From an uncultured bacterium (lineage in GTDB: Bacteria; Chloroflexota; UBA5177; JANWHV01), in contig CAVSOU010000011.1 of NCBI GenBank assembly GCA_963729625.1, forward strand, positions 448,001 through 512,000: a stretch of DNA of 64,000 nt, in the 5' to 3' direction. This document shows, one piece after another, positions 61,990 to 64,000 of the stretch (within the stretch, counting starts at the first letter, position 1; each line of letters starts with the position of its first letter). Both the position numbers and the translations under genes were made by a program. The notes beneath the pieces are model-generated. The model searched no databases. It was not told where the DNA came from and saw nothing but the letters and a program-made list of their open reading frames with translations.

Positions 61990-63114
61990 ATGAACCAGGG
62001 CACAAAGCTGAATATCAGAACGGCAAGCGTCGTGCTTGTCTTCGTGCTTGCCGTCGGGCTGGCGTTCTACGGCGGCCGCGTGTATCAGAACAACGTCGAT
62101 AAGCCGCTGTTCACCCAGTACAATCCGCCAACTACCACTGGTGGCACTGGCGGCGCGTCTGGGAGGGGGAGCAGCTACTTCGGCGCGGTGTCGTCCGGTG
62201 GCTCGCAAATCCAGGCAGCTCTCGCCTATGCCACGCCGCCAGGCAGCACGACCTCCCAGAGCGGCGGCACGGCGAACGGCACATCGGGAGGCCAGACCGG
62301 TACCGGTGCGACGGGAGGCCAGACCGGTACCGGTGCGACGGGCGGTCAGGGCGGTACCGGTGCGACGGGTGGTCAGGGCGGTACCGGCGCGACGGGTGGT
62401 CAGGGCGGTACCGGTGCGACGGGTGGTCAGGGCGGCAGTGGCACAACTGGGGGTCAATCCACCGGCGCTGCGACCGATTCAACCGAGGTGGCCGGCACCC
62501 TCGTCAGCTTGGCCAATGGGAAGCTGACAATCAAGACGAGCCAGGGCGCCAATCAGACCGTGTCCACGACCGCGTCGACGACGTACTATGACGCGCAGAA
62601 GGCAACCAGCAGCGCAATTACCAAGGGTCAAAACGTGACCATCAGTATGGCCGCAAGCGGCTCCTCGCAGGGATTTAGCGCGGGTGACATCACGATCGCG
62701 CCGCCCGGCGCCCTCTACGGCTACGTCAAGCAGCAGGCGCCTGCGGCCGGAGGATTCGGTTTCTCGCCGGCCGGCACTGTCGTGTCCCTGAGCGGCAGCA
62801 CGCTAACCCTGCAGACCAGTACCGGCCGCAGCCTGTCGATCTCGATCGACAATTCCACGGCGGTCTACCAACTGGTAAAGACGACCAGTAGCGCCATCCA
62901 CGCCGGAACAACGGTCTCGGCGCTCAAGGACACGAGCGGCGCCACGGCCCTCAATGTGGTGGCATGTTCATTGGATGGCATGGTCGCCTCGCTCACGACT
63001 CCTCGCGCACGCGGCGCGGGAGGTTTTGGCGGGGGCAGCGGCGGCACTGGAGGCTATGGCGGTCAGGGCGGCCAGGGCGGCGGCCAGAGCAATCCGAACG
63101 GGAACGGCAGCTGA
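61990..63114 (+). CDS. membrane-anchored Gly/Thr-rich protein with two DUF5666-like domains
   Basis: N-terminal TM ending AFYGG; two GT.VSL.....TL.T..G....S....T..Y......SAI..G..V units; last gene of the ABC operon. Confidence 0.75.
   Translation: MNQGTKLNIRTASVVLVFVLAVGLAFYGGRVYQNNVDKPLFTQYNPPTTTGGTGGASGRGSSYFGAVSSGGSQIQAALAYATPPGSTTSQSGGTANGTSGGQTGTGATGGQTGTGATGGQGGTGATGGQGGTGATGGQGGTGATGGQGGSGTTGGQSTGAATDSTEVAGTLVSLANGKLTIKTSQGANQTVSTTASTTYYDAQKATSSAITKGQNVTISMAASGSSQGFSAGDITIAPPGALYGYVKQQAPAAGGFGFSPAGTVVSLSGSTLTLQTSTGRSLSISIDNSTAVYQLVKTTSSAIHAGTTVSALKDTSGATALNVVACSLDGMVASLTTPRARGAGGFGGGSGGTGGYGGQGGQGGGQSNPNGNGS
62287..62448 (+). repeat. 27-bp tandem repeat, about 6 copies (GGQ(T/G)GTGAT)
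   Basis: Read directly in both the DNA and the translation. Confidence 0.85.
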
Positions 63115-63160
63115 GCCCGACCGGGTGCCTCCAGACACATGCGGCAGCGCCCAACGCGAG

Positions 63161-63186
63161 GAACGGCAGCCAATCGGCTGCCGTTC
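63161..63186. terminator. hairpin terminator after the ABC operon
   Basis: GAACGGCAGCC-AATC-GGCTGCCGTTC, an 11-bp stem between convergent genes. Confidence 0.65.
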
Positions 63187-63249
63187 TTGCGTGTCCGTGT
63201 CAGTCTCTGTGGCCGACGAGCCGTTCTTGGCCCAAGCAGTGCCCGAGCG

Positions 63250-63291
63250 GGCGTGCGGCGCTGTCCCAAGACTGCGGCAGCGCCGCACGCC
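63250..63291. terminator. second hairpin, downstream of hsp20
   Basis: GGCGTGCGGCGCTG/CAGCGCCGCACGCC 14-bp stem. Confidence 0.5.
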
Positions 63292-63310
63292 GCGCACCCG
63301 TTCGGCCGTA

Positions 63311-63787
63311 CTACTTATGTTCGATCACGTGTTGGGTGTCGTTTCCCGCGATCACCTTGACGGTGTGCGCGCGCGCATGCTGGACCTTCGGCATGGTCAG
63401 CGTCAACATTCCGTGTTGATAGGATGCCGACGTGTGCTCGCCTTCGACGGCCGTCGGCAGGCTGAACGTCTGATCGAAATTGCCTGACCCGATCCCGTTC
63501 CAGATCTGCTGTCCGTTCTCAACCTGCGGCACGAGGCGCTCGCCCTTGATGTTGACGGTCTCACCCTGCACGGTGATGTTCACCTTGTCCGGATCGACGC
63601 CCGGGAGTGCGATCTGCACGACATAGTTGTCGGCAGTCTCATACAGATTAGCCGGCAACGCCATGAGGTTGCCCATGGGGGCGACCAGGCTGCGCGGATT
63701 GATGAAGCTGTCGGAAACCAACCGGTCCATCGCGTCGCGCAGGGTCACAAACTCGTTGATAGGGCTCCACAACGTTCGAATCGCCAT
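63311..63787 (-). CDS. Hsp20/alpha-crystallin small heat-shock protein
   Basis: LRDAMDRL, NLYETAD..LPGVDP..IKGER..GNFDQTFSLP..ASYQHGMLTLTMPK; AGGAGG RBS. An alternative start is at 63793. Confidence 0.92.
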   Translation of the reverse strand: MAIRTLWSPINEFVTLRDAMDRLVSDSFINPRSLVAPMGNLMALPANLYETADNYVVQIALPGVDPDKVNITVQGETVNIKGERLVPQVENGQQIWNGIGSGNFDQTFSLPTAVEGEHTSASYQHGMLTLTMPKVQHARAHTVKVIAGNDTQHVIEHK

Positions 63788-63869
63788 TGTCATCCTCCTG
63801 CTGAATCCTCTTGCTCCTCACAAGGGTTCTGTTCTCTGGGAAGACCCGCCGCCTCCCCGTCACACCTCT

Positions 63870-63899
63870 GTTATAGCACTTCAATGGCAGTACTGTCAA
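63870..63899 (-). promoter_or_regulatory. sigma70-type promoter of hsp20 overlapped by a CIRCE-like (HrcA) element
   Basis: Minus strand TTGACA-N18-TATAAC. The same DNA reads TTGACAGTA-N9-AAGTGCTAT versus CIRCE TTAGCACTC-N9-GAGTGCTAA (5/9 and 7/9). Confidence 0.6.
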
Positions 63900-64000
63900 T
63901 AGATATGAGTTAGTTACTAGCAAGTTATTGATCTAGCAATCATCGTTCCATCTTGAGTAGCGTCGTCTTCCTGGCGACAATGCGGTGCCAGCACTTCGAG

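Noticed and set aside
63904-63924. HAIR (HspR)-like site TATGAGT-N7-TAGCAAG
   Set aside because: Only 5/7 and 4/7 matches in an AT-rich stretch, which is too weak to call.

Overview
GC-rich bacterial chromosomal segment. The gene repertoire suggests a monoderm, probably Chloroflexota-like organism (inference only). Most of the window is housekeeping, stress and envelope genes: ggt with a leuC/leuD-like pair, ferredoxin, USP, pgsA, yajQ, a DoxX-Rieske fusion, metY, gdhA, uvrC, a class A PBP, a large S8 protease, sodA, an NfeD/flotillin pair, psuG with a PfkB kinase, a nucleotidyltransferase-phosphomutase fusion, nudC, an M24 peptidase and hsp20. No rRNA, tRNA, CRISPR array, transposase or integrase was recognised. 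Three things stand out. (1) A MacAB/YknXYZ-type ABC export operon has a 1598-aa membrane-fusion protein whose alpha-hairpin is built from two mirror-image arrays of 26-aa repeats: about 23 units up and 23 down, with 12 near-identical basic units matched by 12 near-identical acidic units. This suggests a very long, length-tuned conduit. (2) A tandem pair of dynamin-like GTPases is followed by a parA-parB cassette. Two copies of a perfect non-canonical 16-bp palindrome (GTGCAGACGTCTGCAC, a candidate new parS) precede parA, and a canonical-type parS lies about 9 kb away. (3) psuG apparently needs a non-canonical (CTG) start codon, coupled to the stop of the upstream gene.
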